DNA of 25,705 bases from a virus (IMGVR_UViG_3300025848_000174:1-25705), one strand, 5' to 3'. Positions 8,062-16,398 are shown, counted from the stretch's first letter. The notes: generated from the sequence alone by a model not told the origin. Numbers and translations are program-made.

Positions 8062-8268
8062 ATGAAAACGATATACTTTCAACCAAAGGGAATAAACCCA
8101 AAATTTTGCGAAGCAGGTATCATTCACGAAAGCGACAATGAATCTATCTGCTACTTAGGTGAACCTTGCAAAATATCAATTAATGATGTAAAAATCATAC
8201 CAAACGAGAGCGTCACTTATGATGAAAAAAATGGGCTATATCTTGTTCGGGAAAGTACTCATTCGTGA
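8062..8268 (+). CDS. AT-rich hypothetical protein flanked by 14-bp direct repeats
   Basis: MKTIYFQPKG..., 68 aa; ACAAATCGTCAGCC at 8043-8056 and 8269-8282; start position uncertain. Confidence 0.6.
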   Translation: MKTIYFQPKGINPKFCEAGIIHESDNESICYLGEPCKISINDVKIIPNESVTYDEKNGLYLVRESTHS

Positions 8269-8375
8269 ACAAATCGTCAGCCTCTGGTCTTACCAAACCT
8301 CGACCAGCGTCAGCCTATAAGTTGACATAAATTACCCAAACCCACGCAAATTGTCCCATATAAACCCCAAACCCA

Positions 8376-8579
8376 ATGAAACGATTTTTAGTGTTTGCAG
8401 GTGATTGCTATTATCCCTATGGTGGGATGAATGATTTTCAGGAGGACTTTGACACCTTGGAAGAGGCAAGAAGTTTTGAAGCAAAAATCAAAGAAAAGTT
8501 TAAACTTTTATGGAAGGATAACTGGAAGGATTTCAATTGGACCGAGATTTGGGATTCGGAAACACGAACCCATGTGTAA
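8376..8579 (+). CDS. Hypothetical phage protein
   Basis: 67 aa (MKRFLVFAGDCYYPYGG...), with an A/C-rich initiation context. Confidence 0.7.
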   Translation: MKRFLVFAGDCYYPYGGMNDFQEDFDTLEEARSFEAKIKEKFKLLWKDNWKDFNWTEIWDSETRTHV

Positions 8580-8622
8580 AGACCATTTCGTTGACACCAC
8601 CAAAATGCTAAACCCCAACCCC

Positions 8623-8775
8623 ATGAAAACCACACCAACCGATTTCCGACGCTGGCAACTCCACATTCGCAAGGAGTGCGTCAACTGCAACCGACCCGAT
8701 AAATCCGAAACCATCAAGGCTTGGTCCGTCAACTGGACCCTGCTCGGTCGCATCCTCCAAGCCAAAAACGCTTAG
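8623..8775 (+). CDS. Hypothetical protein (CxxC)
   Basis: 50 aa (MKTTPTDFRRWQ...), with an AAACCCCAACCCC-ATG context. Confidence 0.6.
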   Translation: MKTTPTDFRRWQLHIRKECVNCNRPDKSETIKAWSVNWTLLGRILQAKNA

Positions 8776-8777
8776 TC

Positions 8778-8957
8778 ATGGAATGGATTAAATGCTTGGA
8801 CCGGATGCCGGAACCTTACGAGCCTGTCCTGATTTTTACGACCGACATGAATCAAGCCTACGCATGGCTGGGCGATGGCCGTTGGTACTACGAGCATCAA
8901 ACTTGGTTCCTAATTGAAGTCAGCCATTGGATGCCCCTACCCCCAAACCCTTTTTAA
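8778..8957 (+). CDS. DUF551-like phage protein
   Basis: Signature MEWIKCLDRMPE...VSHWMPLP. Confidence 0.8.
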   Translation: MEWIKCLDRMPEPYEPVLIFTTDMNQAYAWLGDGRWYYEHQTWFLIEVSHWMPLPPNPF

Positions 8958-8967
8958 TTCAAACAAA

Positions 8968-9366
8968 ATGAAAAACGAATTTATCCCTTACGAACAAGCC
9001 CTTGCACTCAAAAAACTTGGATTTGATGAATCATGCTTAGGGTACTATGATATAGAAGGATTAAAAGTAAGTTATGATAGATATTTAAATAGCGAGAACA
9101 AAAACAGTTTGTTCCCACATCCATCTATCACGAATAATCCAAAAATATCTGCCCCCCTTTACCAACAAGCGTTCAGGTGGTTCAGGGAGAAGCATGTATT
9201 CTACATTAATTCGGCTGCAAGCGACCTTTTTTACTTTGTGTATTACTATAAAGTAGGGCCGCCACATGACCCTAATGATGTATTTATAAGCGGAGTGTGG
9301 AATACCCACGAAGAAGCAGAACTCGCCTGCCTTAAAAAACTAATTGAACTAACCAAGACGGCATAA
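8968..9366 (+). CDS. Hypothetical phage protein
   Basis: 132 aa (MKNEFIPYEQALALKKLGFDE...APLYQQAFRWFREKH...EEAELACLKKLI). Confidence 0.75.
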   Translation: MKNEFIPYEQALALKKLGFDESCLGYYDIEGLKVSYDRYLNSENKNSLFPHPSITNNPKISAPLYQQAFRWFREKHVFYINSAASDLFYFVYYYKVGPPHDPNDVFISGVWNTHEEAELACLKKLIELTKTA

Positions 9367-9368
9367 AC

Positions 9369-9668
9369 ATGGACCTAATCACTCGCACCATCCTCGGCTA
9401 CACGGCAGAGGTCGTTGGAGTCAACCCCGACCAAATCACAAGCGAAGTCAAGACCCGTGAACTGGTGCTGGCTCGGTCAATCTTCGCAGACATCGCCTAC
9501 TCCGAATACCTCTACACCTACTGCCAAATCGGGCGAATCATCAAGAGGAACCACGCAACCGTCATGCACAACCTCGAAATCCTTGCCAAAAACATGAGGG
9601 CGAGGCCGGACATTAAGTTTCTTCGTACACAGGTTTTGAACAGGACAAGAGATTTTTTGCAACATTAG
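9369..9668 (+). CDS. DnaA C-terminal-like HTH DNA-binding protein
   Basis: TRELVLARSI...QIGRIIKRNHATVMH resembles DnaA domain IV. Confidence 0.75.
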   Translation: MDLITRTILGYTAEVVGVNPDQITSEVKTRELVLARSIFADIAYSEYLYTYCQIGRIIKRNHATVMHNLEILAKNMRARPDIKFLRTQVLNRTRDFLQH

Positions 9669-9694
9669 CAAGAACCCCCTCCATCTTTGCGTCA

Positions 9695-10243
9695 GTGAAC
9701 GCAGAGAGCATCGTCCTTGACCTGTACCGCAGCGGAGAAATCCGCAAGGCTTGCCTCACCATTACGGGGGGCAATCCGCTTTGGAAGGACCTCGAACAAG
9801 AGGTCGTCCTGATTCTGCTCGAAAAAGACCCCGACAAGATTACCAAGATGCAGGTCCAAGGCTACCTGCGCTTCTACATCGTTCGGCTCATCATGAACCT
9901 ATACCGGGGCAACAACAACCAGTTTGCGAAGAAGTACCGTCATCACGACGAGCGGGTCGAAGTGGACCCCGAAACCCAAGAACTAAGCAAGGACTACGAC
10001 ACCCTGCTCGACGACCTTTGGGCCATCGCCCAGCAAGAGATGGACTCTTGGGCCAAGGACGGAGCCTTCCCGTACGACAAAGAACTTCTCAACCTGCTCA
10101 TGCAGACTGGGAACATGAAGGCGATGTCCCGGGAAACGGGCATCCCGTACCGCTCCATCATCTACTCCATCGAACAGGCCAAGGCCAAAATCAAAACCGC
10201 AATCGAGTCCAATGGATATACTGGTTTTTCCAATCCTGATTAG
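9695..10243 (+). CDS. Phage-encoded sigma-70/ECF-like sigma factor
   Basis: Region 2-like DLEQEVVLILLEK..LRFYIVRLIMN and region 4 HTH MKAMSRETGIPYRSI; the GTG start follows CATCTTTGC. Confidence 0.75.
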   Translation: MNAESIVLDLYRSGEIRKACLTITGGNPLWKDLEQEVVLILLEKDPDKITKMQVQGYLRFYIVRLIMNLYRGNNNQFAKKYRHHDERVEVDPETQELSKDYDTLLDDLWAIAQQEMDSWAKDGAFPYDKELLNLLMQTGNMKAMSRETGIPYRSIIYSIEQAKAKIKTAIESNGYTGFSNPD

Positions 10244-10463
10244 CGCTTTAGCGACCCTTGCGGTCGTGGAGTTCCGGGTCCTGCCTTCGTGGTTCTACGC
10301 TTTGCCCTTTGCGAAGCGGAAGCCGTTTTCGTGCATGACCTGCTTCGGGTTTTGGCTTGGAGTCCTCCTGACCATCCCGACCTGCCAATGGTACTTGGCC
10401 CCTATCCTCGGCCTTGCTTCATCCGCCACCGCAATCATTATCCGGGAATGGACCTTCAAATGA
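10212..10463 (+). CDS. Small membrane protein with CxxC (DUF1360-like)
   Basis: Hydrophobic segments and KPFSCMTCFGFWLG. Confidence 0.65.
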   Translation: MDILVFPILISALATLAVVEFRVLPSWFYALPFAKRKPFSCMTCFGFWLGVLLTIPTCQWYLAPILGLASSATAIIIREWTFK

Positions 10464-10729
10464 CCAACGACCAGTTCATCGTGGCCCAAAAGCATCGCAA
10501 GTACTGGGACCAGTACATCGCATCCCTGACCATGCGACTGCCACCCGATGCGGTTGGTGAACTGCAAGCCATCTTGACCGCTCACGGACGACCACCTACG
10601 AATTGGTGGTGTGCGGACTGCGTAAAATCAGCCCTCCAATACATTTACCTACAAGCGGACCTGTTCCTCGAAGTCAACCAAAACACCATAACCCACCCCC
10701 TGAATGCCCCTGCCAATCCCGAAGGATAA
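10460..10729 (+). CDS. Hypothetical protein (CxxC)
   Basis: 89 aa from an ATGA-coupled start; contains WWCADC. Confidence 0.65.
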   Translation: MTNDQFIVAQKHRKYWDQYIASLTMRLPPDAVGELQAILTAHGRPPTNWWCADCVKSALQYIYLQADLFLEVNQNTITHPLNAPANPEG

Positions 10730-11168
10730 CGAAAGCAGAGAAGGCTTTATCGGTCGTTGTATGTCCAACAACAGCGTCAACACGGAGTTCCCTGATACGG
10801 CTCAACGGCTTGCGGTTTGTGGCTCAACGTGGGAGAATCACAAGAGGCAGCAATTCGAGTCTTATTCGGATTACGGCCAAGAGATTCGGGCCAATGCCAA
10901 GCGGGGAATTGAATTGAACGAACGCAACGGGAACAAGTGTGCGACGCAGACGGGCAAGGTCAGGGCAGCCACTTTGTCCAAGGGCGAACCCATCTCGGTG
11001 GAAACCATCAAGCGGATGCACTCCTACCTGTCAAGGGCAGAAACCTACTACGACAACGCAGACGACACCAGCGACTGCGGTTACATCTCCTACCTCCTGT
11101 GGGGCGGTAAGTCGGCTCTCTCTTGGAGCAGGAATAAACTCCGGGAACTTGGCGAACTCGAAGGCTAA
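10704..11168 (+). CDS. Hypothetical phage protein, possibly head-morphogenesis associated
   Basis: 154 aa (PLPIPKDNESREGFIGRCM...TIKRMHSYLSR...YLLWGG); just upstream of the terminase genes. Confidence 0.7.
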   Translation: MPLPIPKDNESREGFIGRCMSNNSVNTEFPDTAQRLAVCGSTWENHKRQQFESYSDYGQEIRANAKRGIELNERNGNKCATQTGKVRAATLSKGEPISVETIKRMHSYLSRAETYYDNADDTSDCGYISYLLWGGKSALSWSRNKLRELGELEG

Positions 11169-11199
11169 AGACGAAGACGAAGCCCAAGTGCAGGCTCGG

Positions 11200-11340
11200 A
11201 TGGACTCGCTGATGATGGTCATAACGACCCTGTGCGACTGCATCGGAGCGGTGGACGATTCCAATGCCCCGAACCAGTACGAAGTGAAAATGAAAATCGT
11301 AAACAAGATTAGCGACCTAATCGACAAAATCGAATACTAA
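11200..11340 (+). CDS. Small hypothetical protein
   Basis: Fills the gap before terS; stop overlaps the terS ATG (TAATG); may start earlier at TTG 11149. Confidence 0.5.
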   Translation: MDSLMMVITTLCDCIGAVDDSNAPNQYEVKMKIVNKISDLIDKIEY

Positions 11341-11762
11341 TGGGAACCAGCAAGGGCAACGGCAAGTACATCGAAACCCCCGAAAAGATGTGGGAGTATT
11401 TTGAGGCATACCGCAGTCAGGTCAAGGCAAACCCAAGGACCAAGACGGTATTTCCCGGCAAGGATGCTATCCCCCAGCATGAGCCTTTGGAGCGACCCTT
11501 GACCTTGGAAGGCTTTGAGAACTGGTGTGCGGATGCAGATATAATCGAGGACCTTGGGGCCTATTTTACAAACAGGGACAAGCGATATGACGACTATATA
11601 GCCATCTGCTCGCGTATAAGGCGAACCATCCGCCAAGACCAAATCGAAGGGGGCATGGTTGGTCAGTACAACCCATCCATCACTCAACGCCTCAACAACC
11701 TTGTTGAGCGTCAGGAGAACACGGTCCACATCGAGCAACCCCTATTCCCCGACAATGACTAA
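11340..11762 (+). CDS. terS: Terminase small subunit (P22 gp3-like)
   Basis: TPEKMWE..YF, RPLTLEGF and QIEGGMVGQYNPSITQR; coupled to terL. Confidence 0.85.
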   Translation: MGTSKGNGKYIETPEKMWEYFEAYRSQVKANPRTKTVFPGKDAIPQHEPLERPLTLEGFENWCADADIIEDLGAYFTNRDKRYDDYIAICSRIRRTIRQDQIEGGMVGQYNPSITQRLNNLVERQENTVHIEQPLFPDND

Positions 11763-12958
11763 TGCCGGTAAAAGAGCAGGAGAAGTTCATCCGAACCACG
11801 GCCGTAAATAAGGTCCGTGAGTTAAAGCGGTTCGTCAAAGGGGTACAAGGCGGCTCGTCCGCATCCAAGACGTACTCTATCCTTGCCGTTGAGATTGACC
11901 ATTGCACCAAGAACCCGTACACGGAAACAAGCGTTGTAGCCGAGTCCATCCCACACCTGAAACGTGGGGCCATGAGGGACTTCATGAAGATTATGACCGT
12001 TACTGGGCGATTCAATGCTGCCCGATGGAACGCCACCGACTTTCGGTACAAGTTCGCCAACGGCTCATACATTGAGTTCTTTTCGGCTGACGATGATTCC
12101 AAGTTAAGGGGTGCAAGGAGGGACAGGCTCTACATGAACGAGGCCAACAACCTATCCTTCCACGCTTACACGGAACTGGCAGCACGGACCAAGCAATCGG
12201 TTATCCTTGACTGGAACCCGGTCAACGAGTTTTGGTTTCACTCCGAACTGATGCAAGACGAGGACGTGGACTTCCTCATTCTAACCTACAAGGACAACGA
12301 AGCCTGCCCCAAGAGTGCGAGGGACTTCATCGAGAAAGCACGGGTCAAGGCCGAAACTTCGGAGTATTGGGCGAACTGGTACAAGGTCTATGGCCTCGGT
12401 CAGGTCGGGATGCTTCAGGGGGCCATCTACGAGGACTTCGAGGTCGTGGAGGGTATCGATGTCAGCCGAGCGAAATTCGTCGCCCTTGGGCTTGACTGGG
12501 GCTTTAGCAACGACCCAACGGCCTTGGTTGCTATCTACCGCCAAGGGGACTGCCTGCTCATTCAGGAACTGCTCTACGCTACGGGCCTGACCAACCAAGA
12601 CATCGCAGACAAACTGCGGTCGCTGGGGATTACAAGGGCTTGGGAAATCGTGGCGGATTCAGCCGAACCGAAGAGCATCGAAGAAATCTACCGACTTGGC
12701 TTCAACATCAAGCCAGCGGAGAAAGGCCCCGACTCGGTTCGGAACGGCATAGACATCCTCAAGCGGTTCAAATTGCAGGTTACCAAGGATAGCACAAACC
12801 TCATCAAGGAACTGCGCTCCTACACATGGGCGACGGACAAAGAAGGCAAGAACACGGGGGTTCCGATTGATTCCTTCAACCACGCCTGCGATGCGATGCG
12901 GTATGTGGCACTCAACAAGTTACGGGTCAGTAACTCAGGGAAGTATGTTGTGGTTTAA
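11762..12958 (+). CDS. terL: Terminase large subunit (PBSX/SPP1-like)
   Basis: Walker A QGGSSASKT, Walker B LYMNEA, and nuclease motifs GLDWGFSNDPTA, DSAEP and NHACDAMRY. Confidence 0.95.
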   Translation: MPVKEQEKFIRTTAVNKVRELKRFVKGVQGGSSASKTYSILAVEIDHCTKNPYTETSVVAESIPHLKRGAMRDFMKIMTVTGRFNAARWNATDFRYKFANGSYIEFFSADDDSKLRGARRDRLYMNEANNLSFHAYTELAARTKQSVILDWNPVNEFWFHSELMQDEDVDFLILTYKDNEACPKSARDFIEKARVKAETSEYWANWYKVYGLGQVGMLQGAIYEDFEVVEGIDVSRAKFVALGLDWGFSNDPTALVAIYRQGDCLLIQELLYATGLTNQDIADKLRSLGITRAWEIVADSAEPKSIEEIYRLGFNIKPAEKGPDSVRNGIDILKRFKLQVTKDSTNLIKELRSYTWATDKEGKNTGVPIDSFNHACDAMRYVALNKLRVSNSGKYVVV

Positions 12959-12963
12959 CTTTG
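12956..12963 (+). promoter_or_regulatory. Bacteroidota-type -7 element (TAACTTTG) heading the glycosylation cluster
   Basis: Consensus match 4 nt before the ATG at 12968. Confidence 0.55.
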
Positions 12964-12967
12964 AGGC

Positions 12968-13069
12968 ATGAACCCCGAACGCATCCTTGACCTGCTAATC
13001 GAAATCGGCAAGACGGTTGCAGCCGTTTTCTTCATCCTCACCCTTCTAACCCTCCTTTGGGCCTTATGA
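12968..13069 (+). CDS. Small membrane peptide (33 aa)
   Basis: MNPERILDLLIEIGKTVAAVFFILTLLTLLWAL; ATGA-coupled to the next gene; not listed in the ORF track. Confidence 0.55.
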   Translation: MNPERILDLLIEIGKTVAAVFFILTLLTLLWAL

Positions 13070-13719
13070 AAGTCATCCACTACTACCACATCTACTGCGG
13101 TGGCAACTGGCAGTTAATTCTGAACCAACATATGATGGCCGTGTGCAACTACGGCCTCATCAACGTCTTGGATGAAATCCGGGTCGGCATCGTTGGACCA
13201 CCCGAACAACGCAAGGCGGTCAAGGAGGTGCTGGAAGGCTCGATGGTGGCCGATAAGGTCAAGGTCGTAGTAACCCGGACCAATGCTTGGGAGCAGGCGA
13301 CGCTGACTGAAATGTACCGGGCAAGTCAGGAAGAGGAAGCCGTGTACCTGTACGCTCACACGAAGGGGGCTGCGAATCCATCCTTGACCACCCAACTTTG
13401 GGGGAGGTCAATGCTATTCTTCAACGTCGTCGCTTGGGAGCGGTCCATGCAACTGCTCGAAGGAGTGGATGCGGTGGGATGCCATTGGATTACCAAGGAG
13501 CAGTTCCCTCACATGGCTGACCAAAACAACCCCGAAGGCTACCCATACTTCGGGGGCAACTTTTGGTGGTCTAAGTCGAGCCACATCAAGGAACTGGGCG
13601 AACCAGTACGGGACCACCGATTCCAAGCCGAGCATTGGATTGGGAAGAAACCCGACACCAAAGTCTTTGATTCCAACCCCGGTTGGCCTTCACCCGAACG
13701 CTTTGTCATAACCTTCTAA
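13066..13719 (+). CDS. Putative glycosyltransferase-like protein
   Basis: YLYAHTKG, YFGGNFWW and AEHWIG resemble glycan-synthesis (RgpF-like) proteins; supported by cluster context. Confidence 0.55.
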   Translation: MKVIHYYHIYCGGNWQLILNQHMMAVCNYGLINVLDEIRVGIVGPPEQRKAVKEVLEGSMVADKVKVVVTRTNAWEQATLTEMYRASQEEEAVYLYAHTKGAANPSLTTQLWGRSMLFFNVVAWERSMQLLEGVDAVGCHWITKEQFPHMADQNNPEGYPYFGGNFWWSKSSHIKELGEPVRDHRFQAEHWIGKKPDTKVFDSNPGWPSPERFVITF

Positions 13720-13720
13720 T

Positions 13721-14230
13721 ATGAAAAAACACATCGACCAACTCAAGGCTTTGGACTACTCCCACATCTACACGACTGCGGTGGACCATATCATTGAAAT
13801 CTATGAGGAAGCCAAGAATCACAAAGGAGGCCACGCTTTAGAACTGGGTTCCTACCTCGGACACTCAACGCTCGCTATCGCCTTGGCTGGGCTTGACGTG
13901 GTGGTTTACGATACCGACACAACCGTAGAAGACAAACGCAAAGCCCTCCTATCCAAGTTCAAGGTCGAATGGAACAACCAACCGAGCCACATGGCCCTGC
14001 AAGAGGTCAGGACTTTTGACTTCATCTTTCACGACTCGGACCACGGGGACGGCATGATTCCCGAAATGGTCGCATTGTTCAACAAAGCCCTCAACCCCGG
14101 TGGGACGATGGTCATCCACGATGCAGAACTGCTGACGATGGTCAACCTTACGAGCCAACTGGAGCCACACGAAGCCAAGGGGTCAACCGACCAACGAGGC
14201 AGAATGCTTTTAACTCTTTACAAGAAATGA
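13721..14230 (+). CDS. Class I SAM-dependent methyltransferase (Methyltransf_24-like)
   Basis: ALELGSYLGHST, FDFIFHDSDH and LNPGGTMVIHD. Confidence 0.85.
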   Translation: MKKHIDQLKALDYSHIYTTAVDHIIEIYEEAKNHKGGHALELGSYLGHSTLAIALAGLDVVVYDTDTTVEDKRKALLSKFKVEWNNQPSHMALQEVRTFDFIFHDSDHGDGMIPEMVALFNKALNPGGTMVIHDAELLTMVNLTSQLEPHEAKGSTDQRGRMLLTLYKK

Positions 14231-14850
14231 AGGCAAAAACTTACATTTTCTGCCACGATACCGACATCGTGAAGCAATGCGAAGCCGAAGGAAGGTTCAG
14301 GGACTTCTTCCCCTACACTTGGGTCATGCTTGGGTTCAAGGACTTTAGTGGAATGGCTGGGCTTGACCACATTATCGCAAGGGACGAACCCGACAACATC
14401 GAGAGCCACCGAAACCTCGTCGCTTGGACGGGTTGGTATGCTTTAGCCAAGAACGGCTACATCAAGAACGGAGATGTCGTGAACCTGTTTGAGTACGACC
14501 TAACCAAGAACGGGGACTTTGACCAACGAGCCTACTGCGCCTATTTCCGAGTCCCTGTGGACGTTGTGCCTTACTGGTCGTGTGGTGATAACTACGAGCC
14601 ACATATCAAGCAGTTGACTGGAAGGGGTGTAAAGGAGTTCTATCAACCCGTCGTGCCTGTAACTTCCAATTACACGCTTACTTGGGACGATTCCTACCTT
14701 GACCTGACCATCGCTTGCATTGAGCAGAAGTTGGTCGCTATTCCTCACGTCGGCCACATCCTTGAACGAGCCTACTCGCAGAGGTTTGCTGACATTCCTT
14801 ACAACGTGGCTGCATTCAAGCACGCCTTCGCCAACTCTCACGGGTTCTAA
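14227..14850 (+). CDS. Putative glycosyltransferase-like protein
   Basis: 207 aa; LFEYD and C-terminal GHILER resemble GT-A-fold enzymes; supported by cluster context. Confidence 0.5.
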   Translation: MKAKTYIFCHDTDIVKQCEAEGRFRDFFPYTWVMLGFKDFSGMAGLDHIIARDEPDNIESHRNLVAWTGWYALAKNGYIKNGDVVNLFEYDLTKNGDFDQRAYCAYFRVPVDVVPYWSCGDNYEPHIKQLTGRGVKEFYQPVVPVTSNYTLTWDDSYLDLTIACIEQKLVAIPHVGHILERAYSQRFADIPYNVAAFKHAFANSHGF

Positions 14851-14851
14851 G

Positions 14852-15466
14852 ATGTACTTAGTCGGGGTCAACTACGCAACGAGTGAATACCTTCCAGCAG
14901 CGAGGGCGCAGGCTAACCAGTATCCGTTCCCGATTACAACGACCGAGGACGAGAAACGACCGGGCAGGGGCAACAACTGGTGGAGGTGGAAGCCTCAAAT
15001 CATCCTTGACGCTCTCTTTGACTTGCAGGAGGACGAAGCCCTGCTTTACCTTGACGCTCAAGACCTTCACGGAGATGGCTGCTTTGAGTTTGCCAAGCAA
15101 TACTTGCAGGATAACCCCATCCTGTTGCATCAAAACTTCCACAACCATATCTCATACACCAAGGGCGACTGCTACGCATTGATGGACTGCCTTCAGTTCT
15201 TTAACGAGAAACCGATGCAGATAGAGGCAGGGTTCCTTGGCTTACGCAAGACCGACTTCACGATTGACCTCATGTACGAGTGGTCCAAGTGGCTGCACGT
15301 TGACAAGGCCGTGAATGACGACCCAAGCGAGTATCCGAACCATCCATCGTTTATTGACCACAGGCACGACCAAAGCATCTTGACAAACCTTGCGCTTTTG
15401 AATGACCTGCCTATGGTTGTTGTCCCTGAAATCCGTTGCAACTCAAGACCCAAGTTATGGCTATGA
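14852..15466 (+). CDS. Putative GT-A glycosyltransferase
   Basis: WRWKPQIILDAL, LLYLDA and HRHDQSIL motifs. Confidence 0.7.
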   Translation: MYLVGVNYATSEYLPAARAQANQYPFPITTTEDEKRPGRGNNWWRWKPQIILDALFDLQEDEALLYLDAQDLHGDGCFEFAKQYLQDNPILLHQNFHNHISYTKGDCYALMDCLQFFNEKPMQIEAGFLGLRKTDFTIDLMYEWSKWLHVDKAVNDDPSEYPNHPSFIDHRHDQSILTNLALLNDLPMVVVPEIRCNSRPKLWL

Positions 15467-16032
15467 AACTCCAAGACCTCACCATTGACCAGTTCCAGCG
15501 CATTGGAGCCATTGAGTTCAGCAGCGTCCTTGGGGACTACGACAAGCGCGCAGGAGTCGTCGCAATCGTTGAGGGGGTCGATATATCCCTCGTTCGAGAG
15601 ATGCCCGCCAAGAGCGTCCTAAAGCGTTACAAGGCCATTATCAGCGAGTGGAATGCATTGCCTGCGTTGGGTTACAAGCGAAAGTTCAAAGCCGGGGGCA
15701 AGTGGTGGATTCCGACCGTGTTTACGGATGAACTCACCGCCGGGCAGTTGATTGAACTCATGGACGCAAACACGACCGACGAGAAGCAGTTGTTGCAGAA
15801 CCTCCACCGAATCATGGCGACCCTCTGCCGGGAAGGCGGTCTATTCGGATTCTTCCCGAAAAAGTACGACGGGGCTGCCCATGCGGAGCGAGCCGAACTG
15901 ATGAAGAAGTACGCCAAGGTGGGCGACGTTTGGGGGGTTGTCAGTTTTTTTTTGCTAAGTTCAGAATCCTACTTGAAAGTTTTGAGCGACTATTCCAAGC
16001 ACCTGATGACGAAGGCCGAGGGGCTGACGTAA
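15463..16032 (+). CDS. Putative tail assembly chaperone (gpG-like)
   Basis: 189 aa; slippery T9 run at 15945-15953 with an open -1 frame extending to 16208. Confidence 0.7.
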   Translation: MKLQDLTIDQFQRIGAIEFSSVLGDYDKRAGVVAIVEGVDISLVREMPAKSVLKRYKAIISEWNALPALGYKRKFKAGGKWWIPTVFTDELTAGQLIELMDANTTDEKQLLQNLHRIMATLCREGGLFGFFPKKYDGAAHAERAELMKKYAKVGDVWGVVSFFLLSSESYLKVLSDYSKHLMTKAEGLT

Positions 16033-16208
16033 GCCCGCTTGCCGGGTACGGCTGGCTGATGGTGGTGTGGCGGATGGCAAACAAAGACGTGCTGAAATTC
16101 GATGCCATCTTCGCCATGAAGGCGGTAGAGTTCTTGAACTACGCCCTACTGATTCACGATATTTTGGAGGCGGAGAGGATGGAGGCTGAAAGAGCAAGAA
16201 GAAGGTAG
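15945..16208 (+). CDS. -1 frameshift extension of the tail assembly chaperone (gpGT-like)
   Basis: The -1 frame reads FAKFRILLESFERLF...GWLMVVWRMA...; it has no convincing independent start and fills the space up to the next promoter. Confidence 0.65.
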   Translation, partial: FFFAKFRILLESFERLFQAPDDEGRGADVSPLAGYGWLMVVWRMANKDVLKFDAIFAMKAVEFLNYALLIHDILEAERMEAERARRR

Positions 16209-16216
16209 TATATTTG
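16209..16216 (+). promoter_or_regulatory. Bacteroidota-type -7 element (TATATTTG) for the tRNA-like RNA
   Basis: Consensus match 4 nt upstream of the acceptor stem. Confidence 0.65.
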
Positions 16217-16220
16217 CATT

Positions 16221-16380
16221 AGTCAGGTGGCGGAATGACGGTACAAAGAGTAATGGTATGTGCCTGATACGGTAGACGCTACGAGTTGGATTTAGGTCTC
16301 AAACATTCCCGTTCGAGTCGGGCATAGTGGGCCAACTAGGAGAAACTAAGACCATACAGGTTCGAATCCTGTCCTGACTA
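16221..16380 (+). ncRNA. Expanded tRNA-like RNA (160 nt) with a Leu-type D-arm
   Basis: Acceptor stem AGTCAGG/CCTGACT; T-arm ACAGG-TTCGAAT-CCTGT; TGGCGGAATG...GGTAGACGC D-arm interrupted by an insert; non-canonical anticodon region. Confidence 0.75.
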
Positions 16381-16398
16381 CACATTCCAGCACGGGGG

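Noticed and set aside
10212-10463. Holin
   Set aside because: Hydrophobic but far from the endolysin and carries a CxxC motif; no positive evidence for a lysis role.
10641-10648. ACATTTAC as a late promoter for the terminase genes
   Set aside because: Lies inside a CDS, lacks the upstream TTGCA and the N4-ATG spacing; may be chance.
13721-14230. DNA methyltransferase or restriction-modification component
   Set aside because: No DPPY/NPPY or PC catalytic motif; the pattern fits a small-molecule or sugar O-methyltransferase.
16221-16380. Canonical tRNA-Leu or tmRNA
   Set aside because: About twice tRNA length with no properly placed anticodon arm; lacks the Ala-type acceptor stem and tag ORF and is too short for tmRNA.
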